Source: an uncultured Alphaproteobacteria bacterium (GTDB taxonomy: Bacteria > Pseudomonadota > Alphaproteobacteria > VGEJ01). Taken from it: DNA of 64,000 nucleotides. The position numbers were made by a program, and so were the translations under genes. This document shows, piece by piece, positions 20,883-32,976 of this stretch. Position 1 is the stretch's first letter. Each line of letters begins with the position of its first letter. The stretch spans positions 90,953 through 154,952 of the forward strand of contig CAJWJK010000003.1 in the NCBI GenBank assembly GCA_913041535.1, in the 5' to 3' direction. The notes under the pieces are model-generated. The model was not told the DNA's origin. It saw only the letters and a program-made list of their open reading frames with translations, and did not search any database.

Positions 20883-20981
20883 AGGTCATTACAGCTGTTT
20901 GTCTCTAGGATCTTGTATACTGTGTGCGGTCGGTCGGCTATGTTTTGTGGACGTAGAGGTGGGTAAGGCCTAGTTCATATC

Positions 20982-23531
20982 ATGTCACGTTACAACTTCC
21001 GCGAATGTGAGCAGAAATGGCAACGTATCTGGACGGAGCGCGAGACATTTGTGGCTCGTGAACAGTTAAATCGTCCAAAATATTACGTGCTAGAAATGTT
21101 TCCATATCCCTCTGGTAGGATTCATATGGGGCACGTGCGCAACTATACTATTGGCGATGTGGTTGCGAGATACAAGCGTGCTTGTGGCTTCAACGTATTG
21201 CATCCTATGGGCTGGGATGCTTTTGGTCTTCCTGCTGAGAATGCGGCGCTTGAGAATAACCTGCATCCCGCAAAGTGGACCAAAGATAACATTGACAATA
21301 TGCGCGACGAACTGCAGTCGATGGGCATTTCTTACGATTGGGATCGTGAGCTTTCAACTTGTGATCATACCTACTACCGCCACCAGCAGAAATTGTTTCT
21401 TGATCTTTTAGGAGAAGGATTAGCCTATCGTCGAGAAGCCGTAGTTAATTGGGATCCAATAGAGCAAACTGTGTTGGCTAATGAACAGGTCATCGATGGC
21501 AAGGGCTGGCGTTCCGGGGTTCCGGTTGAACGCCGCACACTTTCTCAATGGTTTCTTCGCATAACGGCTTTTGCCGATGAATTGCTTGAAGAATTGGAAA
21601 AGCTTGAGCGTTGGCCCGACAGGGTGCGTCTCATGCAGGAAAATTGGATTGGCCGTTCTGAAGGCCTTTTGATGCAGTTTGAGATAATTGGCCGTGATGA
21701 CACGCTAGAACTATATACGACCCGTCATGACACGATTTTTGGCGCTAGCTTCTGTGCTATTGCACCTGAACATCCGTTGGCGCAAGAGCTTGCTACATCG
21801 AGGCTTTCTCTGCAAGAATTTATCTCGGAATGTCGGCGATTGGGAACCAGTGAAGTGGCAATAGAAACAGCCGATAAAATCGGCTTTGATACTGGCCTAA
21901 AAGCCCGTCATCCATTTCGTTCAGATGTAGAGCTTCCCATATATGTAGCAAATTTTGTGCTTATGGAATATGGCACAGGTGCCATATTTGGTTGTCCTGC
22001 ACATGACCAAAGAGATCTAGATTTTGCGAACAAATACAATTTGCAAGTGTTGCCAGTAGTTGCATCATCAGAGAGCACAAATCATGGTGTTATCTCGGAT
22101 GAAGCATATGTTGGGGATGGAATTCTTATAAATTCTGATTTTCTAAATGGCCTTAACGTAGTCGAGGCTAAGCGTGCCGTTGCCGAGCGTATGACTCGAC
22201 GATCAATCGGTGAGAAGACGGTCAAATATAGACTTAGAGACTGGGGTATATCTCGTCAGCGTTACTGGGGCTGTCCTATACCAGTTATAAACTGTGATGA
22301 ATGTGGAATTGTTCCAGTTCCAGACACAGAACTGCCTGTCACTCTTCCGGATGATGTGAGTTTTGAGACGTCCGGGAATCCTTTAGACAGGCACTCAACA
22401 TGGAAACATGTTGAGTGTCCCTCCTGTGGATCTAAGGCTGAGAGGGAGACCGATACTTGTGATACGTTTGTTGATTCATCATGGTATTTTGCCCGTTTTG
22501 CGTCGCCAAGTGCTGACACACCCCTTGATCGCGACGCGGCTGATTATTGGCTTCCGGTCGACCAATATATAGGGGGAATCGAACACGCAATACTTCATCT
22601 TCTTTATTCACGTTTTTTTACCCGGGCGCTGAAGACTTGCGGATATTTGGGTGTTGATGAACCGTTTGAGGGGTTATTGACACAAGGAATGGTATGTCAT
22701 GAGACTTATCGTGATAAAGACCAAAACTGGCTATATCCAGAACAAGTTCAACGTGGAGAAAATGGAAAAGTGACACATATTGAAACCGGTGAACCGGTTA
22801 CTGTTGGGCGTTCCGAATCTATGAGTAAATCACGTAGAAATGTCGTTGACCCAGCCAGTATTATTGCCACATACGGAGCGGATGCAGCACGTTGGTTTAT
22901 GTTATCAGATAGTCCTCCTGAAAGAGATTTGGAATGGACTGATTCGGGTGTAGAAGGTGTTTGGAGATTTATTAATAGGCTATGGAGATTGTCAACAGAG
23001 CCACCCAATGGCTCTGGCAAATCAGTGCGTCCAGATGCAGCTCTGAATTTGAGAAGAACAAGCCACCGTATTTTGTCTTCGGTAACAGACGACCTCGAAG
23101 GGTTTCATTTTAACCGAGCTGTGGCTCGTGTGCATGAACTGGCCAACTTACTTGGCGATACACCACGAACAGAGTGTGACCAGGAAGTGAAGCAAGCATG
23201 GCAAGAGGCCCTTGATATCTTGATTCAATTGATAGGTCCAATGATGCCTCACCTGGGGGAGGAATTGTGGGCTCATCAGGGGCATAAGGGATTGTTGGCA
23301 GATGAGCCATGGCCTACAGCCAACCCAGACTTGCTGCAGAATGAGCTAGTCACGATTATAGTGCAAGTGAATGGAAAAGTGAGAGGGAGACTCCAAATTG
23401 CTCCTGATCAGGATGATAAAAACGTTGTTCGGTCAGCGCTCGACCTTGAAAATGTAAAGCGTGCCATTGGTAGCAGATCAGTGAACAAGACAATTGTAGT
23501 TCCTAACCGGGTCGTAAATGTTGTTGTTTGA
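20982..23531 (+). CDS. leuS: leucine--tRNA ligase
   Basis: 849 aa; HMGH motif ([15 protein letters not shown]) and KMSKS motif (SMSKSRRN). Confidence 0.95.
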   Translation: MSRYNFRECEQKWQRIWTERETFVAREQLNRPKYYVLEMFPYPSGRIHMGHVRNYTIGDVVARYKRACGFNVLHPMGWDAFGLPAENAALENNLHPAKWTKDNIDNMRDELQSMGISYDWDRELSTCDHTYYRHQQKLFLDLLGEGLAYRREAVVNWDPIEQTVLANEQVIDGKGWRSGVPVERRTLSQWFLRITAFADELLEELEKLERWPDRVRLMQENWIGRSEGLLMQFEIIGRDDTLELYTTRHDTIFGASFCAIAPEHPLAQELATSRLSLQEFISECRRLGTSEVAIETADKIGFDTGLKARHPFRSDVELPIYVANFVLMEYGTGAIFGCPAHDQRDLDFANKYNLQVLPVVASSESTNHGVISDEAYVGDGILINSDFLNGLNVVEAKRAVAERMTRRSIGEKTVKYRLRDWGISRQRYWGCPIPVINCDECGIVPVPDTELPVTLPDDVSFETSGNPLDRHSTWKHVECPSCGSKAERETDTCDTFVDSSWYFARFASPSADTPLDRDAADYWLPVDQYIGGIEHAILHLLYSRFFTRALKTCGYLGVDEPFEGLLTQGMVCHETYRDKDQNWLYPEQVQRGENGKVTHIETGEPVTVGRSESMSKSRRNVVDPASIIATYGADAARWFMLSDSPPERDLEWTDSGVEGVWRFINRLWRLSTEPPNGSGKSVRPDAALNLRRTSHRILSSVTDDLEGFHFNRAVARVHELANLLGDTPRTECDQEVKQAWQEALDILIQLIGPMMPHLGEELWAHQGHKGLLADEPWPTANPDLLQNELVTIIVQVNGKVRGRLQIAPDQDDKNVVRSALDLENVKRAIGSRSVNKTIVVPNRVVNVVV

Positions 23532-24030
23532 GTTTTCGCGTCGCTCTGTTTTTTTCGGGCTGTTGCCAATGGTTATGGCGTGTGGATTTAAACCTATTTA
23601 TGGCAAGAAGGAGGGGGCTACAGGTCTTGTAGCCTTAATGGGCAAGGTTCAAGTGGCGTCTGCTTCCGATCGTCTTGGGCAGACCGTACGTAATAATCTC
23701 TTAAATGACTTGATCCCTTACGGAGTAAAAAGCGCCCCAGAGTATCGCCTCGAGTTTTTTCTCAAAAAAACCGAAGAGGGTGTTGCATTTGAGCGCGATG
23801 ACTCCGTAACCCGCTACAATGTCATTCTTGTGGCCACTTTTAAACTGACTGAGATTTCAACTGGCTCGACTCTAGCAGAAGGGCTGGTGCGTTCAATTGC
23901 AGCGTATAACGTAGTTCGGTCTGAGTATGCGACGATGTCTGCATCGCGCAATGCTGAAGAGAGAGTTGCCAAAGCGGTAAGTGATGAAATTCAGTTAAGA
24001 ATCGCTCTTGAGTTACGGAACTATTCGTAG
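23518..24030 (+). CDS. lptE: LPS-assembly lipoprotein LptE
   Basis: Lipoprotein signal (…GLLPMVMAC) and size; sits in the conserved leuS-lptE-holA arrangement. Confidence 0.6.
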   Translation: MLLFEFSRRSVFFGLLPMVMACGFKPIYGKKEGATGLVALMGKVQVASASDRLGQTVRNNLLNDLIPYGVKSAPEYRLEFFLKKTEEGVAFERDDSVTRYNVILVATFKLTEISTGSTLAEGLVRSIAAYNVVRSEYATMSASRNAEERVAKAVSDEIQLRIALELRNYS

Positions 24031-24035
24031 CGTTT

Positions 24036-25073
24036 ATGGTCAAAATTGCTTCCAAAAACGTTGACCTCTTTCTGAAGTCTCCCGACGCATCGGTTCGTGC
24101 AGCGATAATCTATGGGCCTGATGGAGGGCTCGTGAGAGAGCGGTCTGATAGTTTAGCTAGGACAATTGCAGGCGATCAGATGGATCCTTTTTCCGTTGTC
24201 GAATTGGTTGCGGAGGTTTTGAATGAAATGCCAGGTGTTTTAGCGGAACAGGCGGCAACTGTTGCTTTTGGCGGGGGGAGAAGGTTGGTGCGTGTTCGAG
24301 GCCCAGGCGAAATGGGAGTCGCAGCGCTGGCGCCTATCTTGAAACACAATATTGGAGATGCATTCATTCTGGTTGAGGCTGGCAACCTCAGTCCAAGGGC
24401 GCCGCTACGTCGTCTAGCTGAAGCTGACGAACACGCTGTTGCGCTTCCCTGTTATTTTGATTCCGATTCAGATTTGGAAAAGCTTATCCTGTCGTGTCTA
24501 GGCCAAGCCCAACTTACAATTGATCAGGATGCATTAGTATATCTATTAGGGAACCTTGGTGGAGACCGTCAGGTTACGCGGCGAGAGATGGAAAAACTTA
24601 TAATTTATGTTGGATCTAAAAGTGGAAATAGAGTTTCATTTTCAGATGTTCTAGCCATAGTTGGTGACGGCTCTGATTTTGCGATAGAGGACGTAGCGTA
24701 TGCTGTTGCTGATGGCAATCAACGTTCCTTGGATAGAAGTCTGCGGCGCAGTTTTGATGATGGAGTGAGTCCAGTGCAGGTTCTTAGGACAGTGGGGTGG
24801 CACTTTGATCGTTTACAACTTGTGGCCTCAGCCTGCAGTTCTGGTCTTAGCGTTGATCAAGCAATAAAAACGCTAAGGCCACCGTTGTTCTTTAAGAGAG
24901 CGGCATCGTTCAAGTCTCAGCTCGCAGATTGGTCAATTTCACGAATGGACTTTGCTCGGGAAACTTTGATCAAAGCAGAAATAGACTGCAAGACGACGGG
25001 TCTTCCTGATAATGCATTGTGTGGACGTGCCCTAATGCGCCTCGCTTATGTTGCCAAGCTGGGCCCGCGGTGA
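24036..25073 (+). CDS. holA: DNA polymerase III subunit delta
   Basis: 345 aa, directly downstream of lptE; clamp-loader delta-like N-terminus. Confidence 0.65.
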   Translation: MVKIASKNVDLFLKSPDASVRAAIIYGPDGGLVRERSDSLARTIAGDQMDPFSVVELVAEVLNEMPGVLAEQAATVAFGGGRRLVRVRGPGEMGVAALAPILKHNIGDAFILVEAGNLSPRAPLRRLAEADEHAVALPCYFDSDSDLEKLILSCLGQAQLTIDQDALVYLLGNLGGDRQVTRREMEKLIIYVGSKSGNRVSFSDVLAIVGDGSDFAIEDVAYAVADGNQRSLDRSLRRSFDDGVSPVQVLRTVGWHFDRLQLVASACSSGLSVDQAIKTLRPPLFFKRAASFKSQLADWSISRMDFARETLIKAEIDCKTTGLPDNALCGRALMRLAYVAKLGPR

Positions 25074-25123
25074 GCTGGTAAATTAGGTGGTATTACCAAG
25101 GACATGTTTTACGAGCCTCCGGT

Positions 25124-26299
25124 TTATGTCTCTCGAAGGTCCTCCCACAGCTCCTTTACTTTAGTGAAGAAACCCTCAGACTGGGGGCTAGTCTGACGAC
25201 CGCTGCCTTCGCTTGTAAACTCCTTAAGCAGCTCCTTCTGTCGTTTGTTGAGGTTAACAGGAGTTTCAACAATGGCCTCAATATACATATCTCCGTGACC
25301 TGTTCCACGTAAGGGAGGCATGCCTTTGTTGCTGAGGCGAAATTGTTTTCCGTTTTGTGTTCCACTTGGAATTGTCACTCGGGCGCGTGCACCGCTCACG
25401 GTTGGCACTTCGATTTGACCGCCGAGGGCTGCTGTTGTCATAGGTATAGGAACACTACAGTAGATGTTAGCTCCATCACGTTGAAAAAGTCGATGAGGCG
25501 CCACTGAGAGAAAGATGTAGAGGTCACCAGGTGCGCTACCTCGTGTGCCAGCGTCGCCTTCATTGGCTAGTCTTATACGTGTTCCATCCTCTACACCCTT
25601 CGGTATATTCACTGAAAGAGTTTTTTCTTGCTTCACTCGTCCAGATCCGTTGCAGTTGCGGCAAGGGTTATCGATAACATGGCCAGCTCCTTGACATTGA
25701 AGACAAGCACGTTCAATTGTGAAAAACCCCTGTTGGGCTCGTACTTTTCCGTGTCCACCACAGGCCGGACACGATTTTGGGGCTGAATTTCCATCCGAGC
25801 CGCTTCCGGTGCATGGCTCACATGTTATAGAGGTAGGAACTCTTATCTTTGTTTTCTTGCCTGAATATGCGTCATCAAGAGAGATCTCGACGTTATAACG
25901 TAGATCTGCTCCGCGGCTACGAGATGATGCGCGCCTTCCTCCGCCACTTGTTCCCGCGAATTCCCCAAATAAGTCATCGAATACATCAGCAAAGGTTGAG
26001 CTAAAATCAAAGCCACCACCGTAACGGGCGCCGCTTGAGCCGGTTCCATCGAACGCGGAGTGTCCAAATTGATCATACGCGGCTCGTTTTTCGGCATCAT
26101 TTAGAACATCATATGCTTCACTGATTTCTTTAAATTTCTGCTCTGCTTTAGTGTCGTCGGGATTGCGGTCAGGATGATGTTTCATGGCAAGGTTACGATA
26201 TGCCTTTTTCAGATCGGCCTGATTTGCATCTTTCGAGACACCAAGGGTATCGTAGTAGTCACGCTTACTCATTGATAGCCGCCACTCCAGTAACGCCAA
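25124..26299 (-). CDS. dnaJ: chaperone DnaJ
   Basis: J-domain with HPD (HHPDRN), a G/F-rich region, and four CxxCxGxG zinc-finger repeats. Confidence 0.95.
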   Translation of the reverse strand: MALLEWRLSMSKRDYYDTLGVSKDANQADLKKAYRNLAMKHHPDRNPDDTKAEQKFKEISEAYDVLNDAEKRAAYDQFGHSAFDGTGSSGARYGGGFDFSSTFADVFDDLFGEFAGTSGGGRRASSRSRGADLRYNVEISLDDAYSGKKTKIRVPTSITCEPCTGSGSDGNSAPKSCPACGGHGKVRAQQGFFTIERACLQCQGAGHVIDNPCRNCNGSGRVKQEKTLSVNIPKGVEDGTRIRLANEGDAGTRGSAPGDLYIFLSVAPHRLFQRDGANIYCSVPIPMTTAALGGQIEVPTVSGARARVTIPSGTQNGKQFRLSNKGMPPLRGTGHGDMYIEAIVETPVNLNKRQKELLKEFTSEGSGRQTSPQSEGFFTKVKELWEDLRET

Positions 26300-26357
26300 T
26301 CCGCTTTTAAGCGTGTGCCAGTTACCTTGTTCATAGTGACCTACCGTTTAAGAATTT

Positions 26358-28307
26358 TTATTCAGAGCGTTTTTTATCGGTATCGTCCACTTCTTCAAAA
26401 TCAGCGTCTACGACGGTATCATCTGAGGTGCCGGACTGCTCTGCACTTGAAGCACTTTCTGCATCATCTCCGGGTGAATCACCGATGTCACCCTCTTGTG
26501 CCTGTTGTGCATTGTACATGGCTTCACCAAGTTTCATAGATGACTGTGCTAAAGCCTCCATTGTGGTTCTGATTTCATCTTTATCTGAGCCCTCAAGCGC
26601 TTCACGTAGAGCTGAGAGGTCCGCTTCTATTTGGTTGCGCTCGGTTTCATCAATCTTATCGCCATACTCCTTAAGGCTACGTTCTGTAGTGTTCAATAAT
26701 GCCTCAGCATGGTTGCGAGTTTCTATAGTCTCACGGCGATCTTTATCCTCATCCGCATGCTCCTCTGCGTCTTGGACCATTCGTTCAATGTCTTCGTCGG
26801 ATAAACCTCCCGAAGCTTGAATTCGAATCTGCTGTTCTCGGCCTGTACCGCGATCTTTTGCAGAAACGCTAACTATACCGTTAGCATCAATATCAAATGT
26901 AACTTCAATCTGAGGTATTCCCCGAGGTGCTGGCGGTATGCCAACCAGATCAAATTGTCCTAAAAGCTTATTATCAGCAGCCAGTTCACGCTCGCCCTGA
27001 GAGACGCGGATTGTAACTGCTGCCTGGTTGTCTTCAGCAGTGGAGAAAGTTTGTGATTTTTTGGTGGGAATCGTGGTATTCCGGTCAATAAGCCTTGTAA
27101 ACACGCCACCAAGTGTTTCTATTCCAAGTGAAAGTGGTGTGACATCAAGAAGCAGAACGTCCTTAACGTCTCCTTGCAGAACGCCAGCTTGGATTGTTGC
27201 TCCCATAGCGACGACTTCGTCTGGATTAACTCCTTTATGGGGCTCACAGCCGAAGAAATTTTTTACCGTCTCGACAACTTTGGGCATACGCGTCATTCCG
27301 CCTACCATGACGACCTCACTGATCTCACCAGGACTCAAGCCGGCATCTTTCAGTGCAGCCTTACAAGGCCCAACTGTCCTTTCAACAAGGTCCTCAACCA
27401 GCGCCTCAAGCTTGGCGCGAGTAAGCTTCATGGTTAGGTGTTTTGGGCCTGCCGCATCTGCGGTTATGAAAGGCAGGTTGATTTCTGTTTGTATAGCGCT
27501 TGAAAGTTCTATCTTGGCTTTTTCAGCTGCTTCCTTTAGCCGCTGTAACGCTAAACGATCACTACGTAAGTCAATACCATTTTCTTTCTTGAATTCATCC
27601 GCAAGGTAGGCAACTAAACGTAAATCAAAGTCTTCACCGCCTAAAAAGGTATCTCCATTGGTTGATTTTACTTCAAATACGCCTTCCCCAATTTCTAGTA
27701 TGGATACGTCGAACGTACCGCCACCGAGATCATATACTGCAATTATGCCACCAGCGCCCTTGTCGAGCCCGTAGGCCAGAGAGGCAGCTGTTGGTTCATT
27801 TATGATACGTAGTACATTGAGGCCAGCAATCGCTCCCGCATCTTTCGTAGCCTGCCGCTGAGCGTCATTAAAATAAGCTGGAACCGTAATAACCGCATCA
27901 GTAACCGTGTCTCCAAGATGAAGTTCGGCTGTCTCCTTCATTTTCTGTAACACGAAAGCACTGATTTGGCTTGGAGAATATTGTTCGTCGCGAGCCTTTA
28001 CCCAGGCATCTCCAGTATCAGATTCAACAATTTCATAAGGAACCATTCCTTGGTCTTTTCGAGTTGTGGGATCGTTAAAGCGTCGACCAATCAAACGCTT
28101 AATTGCAAACAGGGTGTTTTCAGGGTTGGTCACTGCCTGTCGCTTTGCAGGCTGACCAACCAGACGTTCTCCGTCATCAGAAAAAGCAACCATAGATGGT
28201 GTTGTGCGCGACCCTTCCGCATTTTCAATAACTTTTGGGACATCACCTTCCATAACGGCAACACACGAGTTTGTTGTCCCTAGGTCGATACCAATTGCCT
28301 TTGCCAT
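26358..28307 (-). CDS. dnaK: chaperone DnaK (Hsp70)
   Basis: N-terminus [17 protein letters not shown]..., 649 aa, acidic C-terminal tail. Confidence 0.97.
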   Translation of the reverse strand: MAKAIGIDLGTTNSCVAVMEGDVPKVIENAEGSRTTPSMVAFSDDGERLVGQPAKRQAVTNPENTLFAIKRLIGRRFNDPTTRKDQGMVPYEIVESDTGDAWVKARDEQYSPSQISAFVLQKMKETAELHLGDTVTDAVITVPAYFNDAQRQATKDAGAIAGLNVLRIINEPTAASLAYGLDKGAGGIIAVYDLGGGTFDVSILEIGEGVFEVKSTNGDTFLGGEDFDLRLVAYLADEFKKENGIDLRSDRLALQRLKEAAEKAKIELSSAIQTEINLPFITADAAGPKHLTMKLTRAKLEALVEDLVERTVGPCKAALKDAGLSPGEISEVVMVGGMTRMPKVVETVKNFFGCEPHKGVNPDEVVAMGATIQAGVLQGDVKDVLLLDVTPLSLGIETLGGVFTRLIDRNTTIPTKKSQTFSTAEDNQAAVTIRVSQGERELAADNKLLGQFDLVGIPPAPRGIPQIEVTFDIDANGIVSVSAKDRGTGREQQIRIQASGGLSDEDIERMVQDAEEHADEDKDRRETIETRNHAEALLNTTERSLKEYGDKIDETERNQIEADLSALREALEGSDKDEIRTTMEALAQSSMKLGEAMYNAQQAQEGDIGDSPGDDAESASSAEQSGTSDDTVVDADFEEVDDTDKKRSE

Positions 28308-28409
28308 GACTTCTCTCTTTCTAGTGGAAGACCGAACCGCCCAAAACGTATCTTGCTTTGGTTCTGGTTTCCATGTTCAAACCCCTTAAATATTTCGGGG
28401 AACTTTGTT

Positions 28410-28437
28410 TATATAGGGTGTGCAGAGATATCCGCAA
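28410..28437 (-). promoter_or_regulatory. putative RpoH (sigma-32)-type heat-shock promoter for dnaK-dnaJ
   Basis: Minus strand reads GTTG-N17-CCTATAT about 95 nt upstream of the dnaK start, matching the alphaproteobacterial RpoH consensus CTTG-N17-CYTATNT except at the first base. Confidence 0.4.
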
Positions 28438-28473
28438 CCTTCACTAAATCGCGAGATATCGGTAGCGCAGCCA

Positions 28474-29223
28474 TCAATCTTGCTCCGTCACATTGTTTGA
28501 CTTTTGGGAGTCAGCTTCAAGAGTATCTGTTTCTTGGTTTTCAAGCTGTTCCGTTGGAGGTTTTGCAGAGACACCAACAGAAGCGGGTCGTAGTAGCCTA
28601 TCAGAAATTGTGTACCCGACCTCAACAACTTCAACGATCGTACCGGGAGGAGATTCAGCAGTTGGCACTTCGAACAAAGCTTGATGTTCGTTTGGATTAA
28701 ATTTACTGCCAAGAGGTGTAATTGGCTGAATGTTGTGTCGCTCCAGAATACTCTCAAATTCTCTCTCTGTCATTTCCACTCCTGACAGCAGGTTGTCGAG
28801 CGTTTCGTTTACACCGCGAGCGTCGTCAGGCACGCTAGCAAGGGCTCGCCTGAGGTTGTCGGCAATACTTAAAAGGTTGCGTGCGAAGCCAGTAATCGCA
28901 TACTTCGCCGCTTCGTCTCGGTCACGAATTGACCGTTTACGAACATTTTCCGTTTCTGCCATAGCGCGTAGAAGGCGATCCTTGAGAGCAGCAATTTCAT
29001 CCTCATAGACTTTCTCATCACTTGCGTCATCAATGTCTGTGGGTTCAACCAAAGTTTTATCAGTCTTGGCATCCTCACCGTTTTCGTCATTTATCATGTT
29101 TTCGGTCAGCTGGGATTCCAAATCGGATTGTTCCGACACAGTAGATGTGTCTGGTTGTTTCTCCAGGGTCTTTTTTTCTGGTTCCGTCATAATCTCCTCT
29201 TTTGGATGGTTGATGTTAGCCAA
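28474..29223 (-). CDS. grpE: nucleotide exchange factor GrpE
   Basis: Acidic N-terminus, coiled-coil AALKDRLLRAMAETENVRKR and the GrpE C-terminal beta domain; 8-nt overlap with hrcA. Confidence 0.9.
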   Translation of the reverse strand: MANINHPKEEIMTEPEKKTLEKQPDTSTVSEQSDLESQLTENMINDENGEDAKTDKTLVEPTDIDDASDEKVYEDEIAALKDRLLRAMAETENVRKRSIRDRDEAAKYAITGFARNLLSIADNLRRALASVPDDARGVNETLDNLLSGVEMTEREFESILERHNIQPITPLGSKFNPNEHQALFEVPTAESPPGTIVEVVEVGYTISDRLLRPASVGVSAKPPTEQLENQETDTLEADSQKSNNVTEQD

Positions 29224-30250
29224 CTAGGCGGCCAATGACCTTTGCCGTGTAATCAACCATGGGAACAATGCGGGCGTAGTTGAGTCGTGTTGGCCCTATG
29301 ACTCCAATGGCACCAATAACTTTCTCGCGTCCATCTCGATATGGCGCAACGATTAGAGAACAACCAGTAACGGAAAAAAGATCATCATCAGAACCTATGA
29401 AGATGCGAATATCCTCAGCTATCGCCACGTTTTCTATTAGTTGGGCAAACTCTCCTTTGGTTTCAAGTGCGTCAAAAAGATCTCGGATTCTTTCCAAGTC
29501 TTCGAGAGCAGTGACGTCATCAAGAAGATTAGCCTGACCACGCACGATAAGTGTTCGGTGTTCATGCTCTCCACCCCATGTTGCTAGACCTGTTTCCACC
29601 ACACTGGTGGTTAACTCGTCTAGCTCTGCCCTGTGGTCATTAAGCTCTTGGCGGATTTCGATTAATGCGTCTGCAAGAGTTCTCCCAGTTAGACGTGAAT
29701 TAAGATAATTAGCAGCTTGGGTTAAGGTTGAATATGGAACATCAGCTTCCATCTCTACAATACGGTTCTCTACAACTCCTGATTCTGTGACCAGTACAAC
29801 CAAAATACGAGTTGCAGATAACTGAACGAATTCTATATGTCGAAGAGGTGCATCACTTTTTGGTGCAACTACAAGGCCTGCACAACGGGAAAGTCCGGAA
29901 AGTGTTGATGTTGCTTCAGTGAGAAGTTCGTCGAGACTTCTACTCGCGGCTGTGCAATTTGATTCAATGTTTTCTCGCTCAATTTCATTCAGCGCACCTA
30001 CCTCAAGAAGTCCGTCAATGAATAAACGCAAACCGGCAGGCGTTGGTAGCCGACCAGCGGACGTATGGGGTGCGTATAGCAAGCCAGCAACCTCAAGGTC
30101 TGACATGACATTTCGAATGGAAGCTGGGGATAGTCGCATATCGAGTCGACGGGCAAGAGTGCGTGAGCCAATCGGTTCTCCTGTTTCAACATAGGAATCG
30201 ACAATCTGTTGGAAGATTGCTCGAGACCTCTTATTTAGTTCGTCGATCAT
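29216..30250 (-). CDS. hrcA: heat-inducible transcription repressor HrcA
   Basis: N-terminal winged helix RSRAIFQQIVDSYVETGEPIGSRTLA; 344 aa; hrcA-grpE operon. Confidence 0.9.
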   Translation of the reverse strand: MIDELNKRSRAIFQQIVDSYVETGEPIGSRTLARRLDMRLSPASIRNVMSDLEVAGLLYAPHTSAGRLPTPAGLRLFIDGLLEVGALNEIERENIESNCTAASRSLDELLTEATSTLSGLSRCAGLVVAPKSDAPLRHIEFVQLSATRILVVLVTESGVVENRIVEMEADVPYSTLTQAANYLNSRLTGRTLADALIEIRQELNDHRAELDELTTSVVETGLATWGGEHEHRTLIVRGQANLLDDVTALEDLERIRDLFDALETKGEFAQLIENVAIAEDIRIFIGSDDDLFSVTGCSLIVAPYRDGREKVIGAIGVIGPTRLNYARIVPMVDYTAKVIGRLVG

Positions 30251-30361
30251 GGCTTACGTGAGATCCTTTAAACGCAGTGCTAGGATGTTAACTGAAAATG
30301 TAGTTAGGCGGCCGAGGGCCGTCAATGGAACTTGCTCACTATTTAGTTTGGGGCTGGACCA

Positions 30362-31156
30362 ATGCATCGAGTGGCGCTACATAGTCGGGTGCGGCTGAAT
30401 GATCATATTGTTGTGAGTGGTGTGTTGGCAAAAAGAACAACTGGGCGCCGTAAAGACGAGCTTCGACCCATCTCTTTTGAGGTCGGTTGTAACAAGCATG
30501 CTGAAGGCTCCTGCTTTGTGCGTTGTGGAGATACTCACGTTGTATGCACAGCGACCGTTGAGGAACGTGTGCCACCATTTCTTCATCAAACGGGTGGAGG
30601 ATGGGTAACGGCAGAGTATGGTATGTTGCCGCGTTCTACCAACACTCGAATGTTACGCGAAGTAAGCCGAGGGCGGCCCTCAGGGCGCACGCAGGAGATT
30701 CAACGCTTGATTGGAAGGTCGTTACGCGCCGTGACTGATCTAAAGAAGTTGGGGGAACGGCAAGTTCGGCTTGATTGTGACGTTTTGCAGGCTGATGGGG
30801 GCACGCGTACGGCAGCGATTAATGGGGCCTGGGTGGCACTTAGGTTGGCTCTGGAGCGGTTAATTGAAAATGGTAGTATGAATGTTATGCCATTGACTGA
30901 TCAAGTTGCAGCGGTTTCGTGCGGTATATTTCAGGGTGAAGAGATTGTTGATCTGGATTATGGCGAGGATAGTGCTGCAGAGGCGGATGTTAATTTTGTA
31001 CTTACCGGTGAGGGAGGCATTGTTGAGATTCAGGGGACGGCCGAGGCCGGGCCATTTACCGAGGCTCAATTCTCTCGTTTGTTCGAGTTGGCTAGAGTTT
31101 CTGCACGTGATGTTTTTGAGCTACAGCGTGCGGCTGTAAAGCCAATAGCGAATTAG
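30362..31156 (+). CDS. rph: ribonuclease PH
   Basis: [41 protein letters not shown] matches the RNase PH N-terminus. The true start is probably an alternative start near 30.42 kb. Confidence 0.85.
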   Translation: MHRVALHSRVRLNDHIVVSGVLAKRTTGRRKDELRPISFEVGCNKHAEGSCFVRCGDTHVVCTATVEERVPPFLHQTGGGWVTAEYGMLPRSTNTRMLREVSRGRPSGRTQEIQRLIGRSLRAVTDLKKLGERQVRLDCDVLQADGGTRTAAINGAWVALRLALERLIENGSMNVMPLTDQVAAVSCGIFQGEEIVDLDYGEDSAAEADVNFVLTGEGGIVEIQGTAEAGPFTEAQFSRLFELARVSARDVFELQRAAVKPIAN

Positions 31157-31164
31157 CGTTTGAA

Positions 31165-31785
31165 GTGCCTCGCCAGTTTGATGCTGCAAGGTTGATTGTA
31201 GCAAGTCATAACCCGGGAAAAATTACGGAGATTGCGGATCTAATTTGTCCGTTAGGTATTAGTGTGGTGGGCGCTGCGGGCTTAGGACTCGTTCCCCCTG
31301 ATGAGACTGGCACAACATTTGCTGCTAATGCTCAAATTAAATCTATGTTTGCTGCAACTTCAATTAATGAACCCGCTTTGGCTGATGATTCAGGGTTGGT
31401 GGTGGAGGCTCTTGACGGTGAGCCAGGCATTTATTCCGCCCGTTGGGCGGGGCCACAGTGCGACTTTTTAGGGGCCATGCATCGTGTTCAACGCGAGTTG
31501 TTGAGCCGTAAAGCAATTGTACCAGAACGACGACGGGCCCATTTTGTTTCAGCATTGGCACTTGGGTGGCCAGATGGTCACTGCGAGGTTTATGAGGGGA
31601 TCGTCAGGGGCCACATAGTCTGGCCCCCTCGTGGTAATGAAGGATTTGGCTATGATCCCATCTTTCGGCCCAGCGGTTATTCTTTAACTTTTGGGGAAAT
31701 GAAACCATCGGACAAAAAGAAAATCAGCCATCGTACCATTGCATTTTCCAAGCTCTTGGATGCTTGCTTCTCAGCGAATGCCTGA
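31165..31785 (+). CDS. rdgB: non-canonical purine NTP pyrophosphatase RdgB/HAM1
   Basis: IVASHNPGKITE...FGYDPIF motifs; conserved rph-rdgB pairing. Confidence 0.85.
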   Translation: MPRQFDAARLIVASHNPGKITEIADLICPLGISVVGAAGLGLVPPDETGTTFAANAQIKSMFAATSINEPALADDSGLVVEALDGEPGIYSARWAGPQCDFLGAMHRVQRELLSRKAIVPERRRAHFVSALALGWPDGHCEVYEGIVRGHIVWPPRGNEGFGYDPIFRPSGYSLTFGEMKPSDKKKISHRTIAFSKLLDACFSANA

Positions 31786-32953
31786 AACCTTTAAATTAGA
31801 GTGCGCTTCAACTTTTGGCATCTACATACATTGGCCATTTTGTACCAGTATTTGCCCGTATTGTGACTTCAATGTTAGACGTTCACGTAACGTGGACGCT
31901 GAGCGCTGGTGTAATGCATTATTAGTGGCGATAAGTAATGCGTCTCGTCGCTTTCCCAACAAACTTGCTTCAAGTTTGTATTTTGGAGGAGGAACACCTT
32001 CTCTCATGTCGGTTGCTACTGTAGCTGCCATAATTGAACAGGTAGAGAAGTGTTTTGGGTTTGTGAAGAATGCAGAGATAAGTCTAGAAGCTAATCCAGA
32101 TTCCTCTCATGCAAAGGGGTTTAAGGGCCTAAGGCAGGTGGGAATTAACCGCCTTTCAATGGGCGTTCAGGCATTCAATGATGATGCGCTGAAATGGCTT
32201 GGGCGTAGCCATAGTGTTCGTGAGGCTGAGAGGTCCATAGATACAGCTCGAAATTTATTTCCTAGGATGAGTTTTGACCTTATTTACTGTCGTCCTGGCC
32301 AAAGCTGTCACGAATGGAGAGCCGAACTCAGGCGATCACTACAGTTTTGTGGCGGGCACATTTCCCTATACCAGTTAACTATAGAATCTGGCACCGCATT
32401 CGCTCGTGCGAGTGCCCGAGGAGATTTAGTATTGCCGGAACAGGATAGTGCTGCTGAACTTTATGAGATTTCACAAGAAGAGTGTGGTGCTATCGGTTTG
32501 CGTTGCTACGAGATTTCAAATCACGCGCTACCTGGGCACGAGAGTCAACACAATCTTGGATACTGGCGCTACAACGAATATCTTGGCATTGGACCAGGTG
32601 CTCATTCGCGCCTTATTGATAAAGGGAAACGATGCGCTGAGGAGCAAATCCAAGACCCAAAAGCATGGCTTGCCTCTGTGGAGACATCTGGTCACGGCGT
32701 GGATCGGTGCGAGGTGTTGTCAGCTGATACGCAAGCTGCCGAAATGCTCATGATGGGATTACGTCTCCGAGACGGACTTTCTTTGGATCGTTTTAACTGG
32801 GTAACAGGTAAACCGTTGGAGAAATTTGTTTCCTACCAAGGGTTATCGGCATTGAAGGACAAAGGACTTCTTATGGAATCGCGCGGTAGTTTATTTGCTA
32901 CGGAAAGAGGCCTTCGAGTTTTGGATGCTGTCCTTGAAAAGCTTTTGTTGTAA
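31778..32953 (+). CDS. hemW: radical SAM family heme chaperone HemW (HemN-like, oxygen-independent coproporphyrinogen oxidase family)
   Basis: CxxxCxYC radical-SAM motif (FCTSICPYCDF) and the HemN C-terminal domain. The start was moved to an internal Met. Confidence 0.8.
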   Translation: MPETFKLECASTFGIYIHWPFCTSICPYCDFNVRRSRNVDAERWCNALLVAISNASRRFPNKLASSLYFGGGTPSLMSVATVAAIIEQVEKCFGFVKNAEISLEANPDSSHAKGFKGLRQVGINRLSMGVQAFNDDALKWLGRSHSVREAERSIDTARNLFPRMSFDLIYCRPGQSCHEWRAELRRSLQFCGGHISLYQLTIESGTAFARASARGDLVLPEQDSAAELYEISQEECGAIGLRCYEISNHALPGHESQHNLGYWRYNEYLGIGPGAHSRLIDKGKRCAEEQIQDPKAWLASVETSGHGVDRCEVLSADTQAAEMLMMGLRLRDGLSLDRFNWVTGKPLEKFVSYQGLSALKDKGLLMESRGSLFATERGLRVLDAVLEKLLL

Positions 32954-32976
32954 GGTGACTTAACTTATTTCTCAGC

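Noticed and set aside
25074-25123. Candidate convergent terminator between holA and dnaJ.
   Set aside because: Only short imperfect complementarity (GGTGGTATTACC) and no flanking T-run; not convincing.
26428-28283. Several 85-193-aa ORFs antisense to dnaK (e.g. 26428..26820, 27028..27609, 27966..28283), plus similar shadow ORFs inside leuS, mutS, the TPR-sulfotransferase and the porin gene.
   Set aside because: They are Ser/Ala/Arg-rich low-complexity translations of the opposite strand of highly conserved genes. They have no independent signal and are typical shadow ORFs.
30251-30361. Looked for a CIRCE inverted repeat (TTAGCACTC-N9-GAGTGCTAA) upstream of hrcA.
   Set aside because: Only weak partial matches (AGTGCTAGG...TAGTTAGG). 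The half-sites and 9-nt spacing could not be reconstructed.
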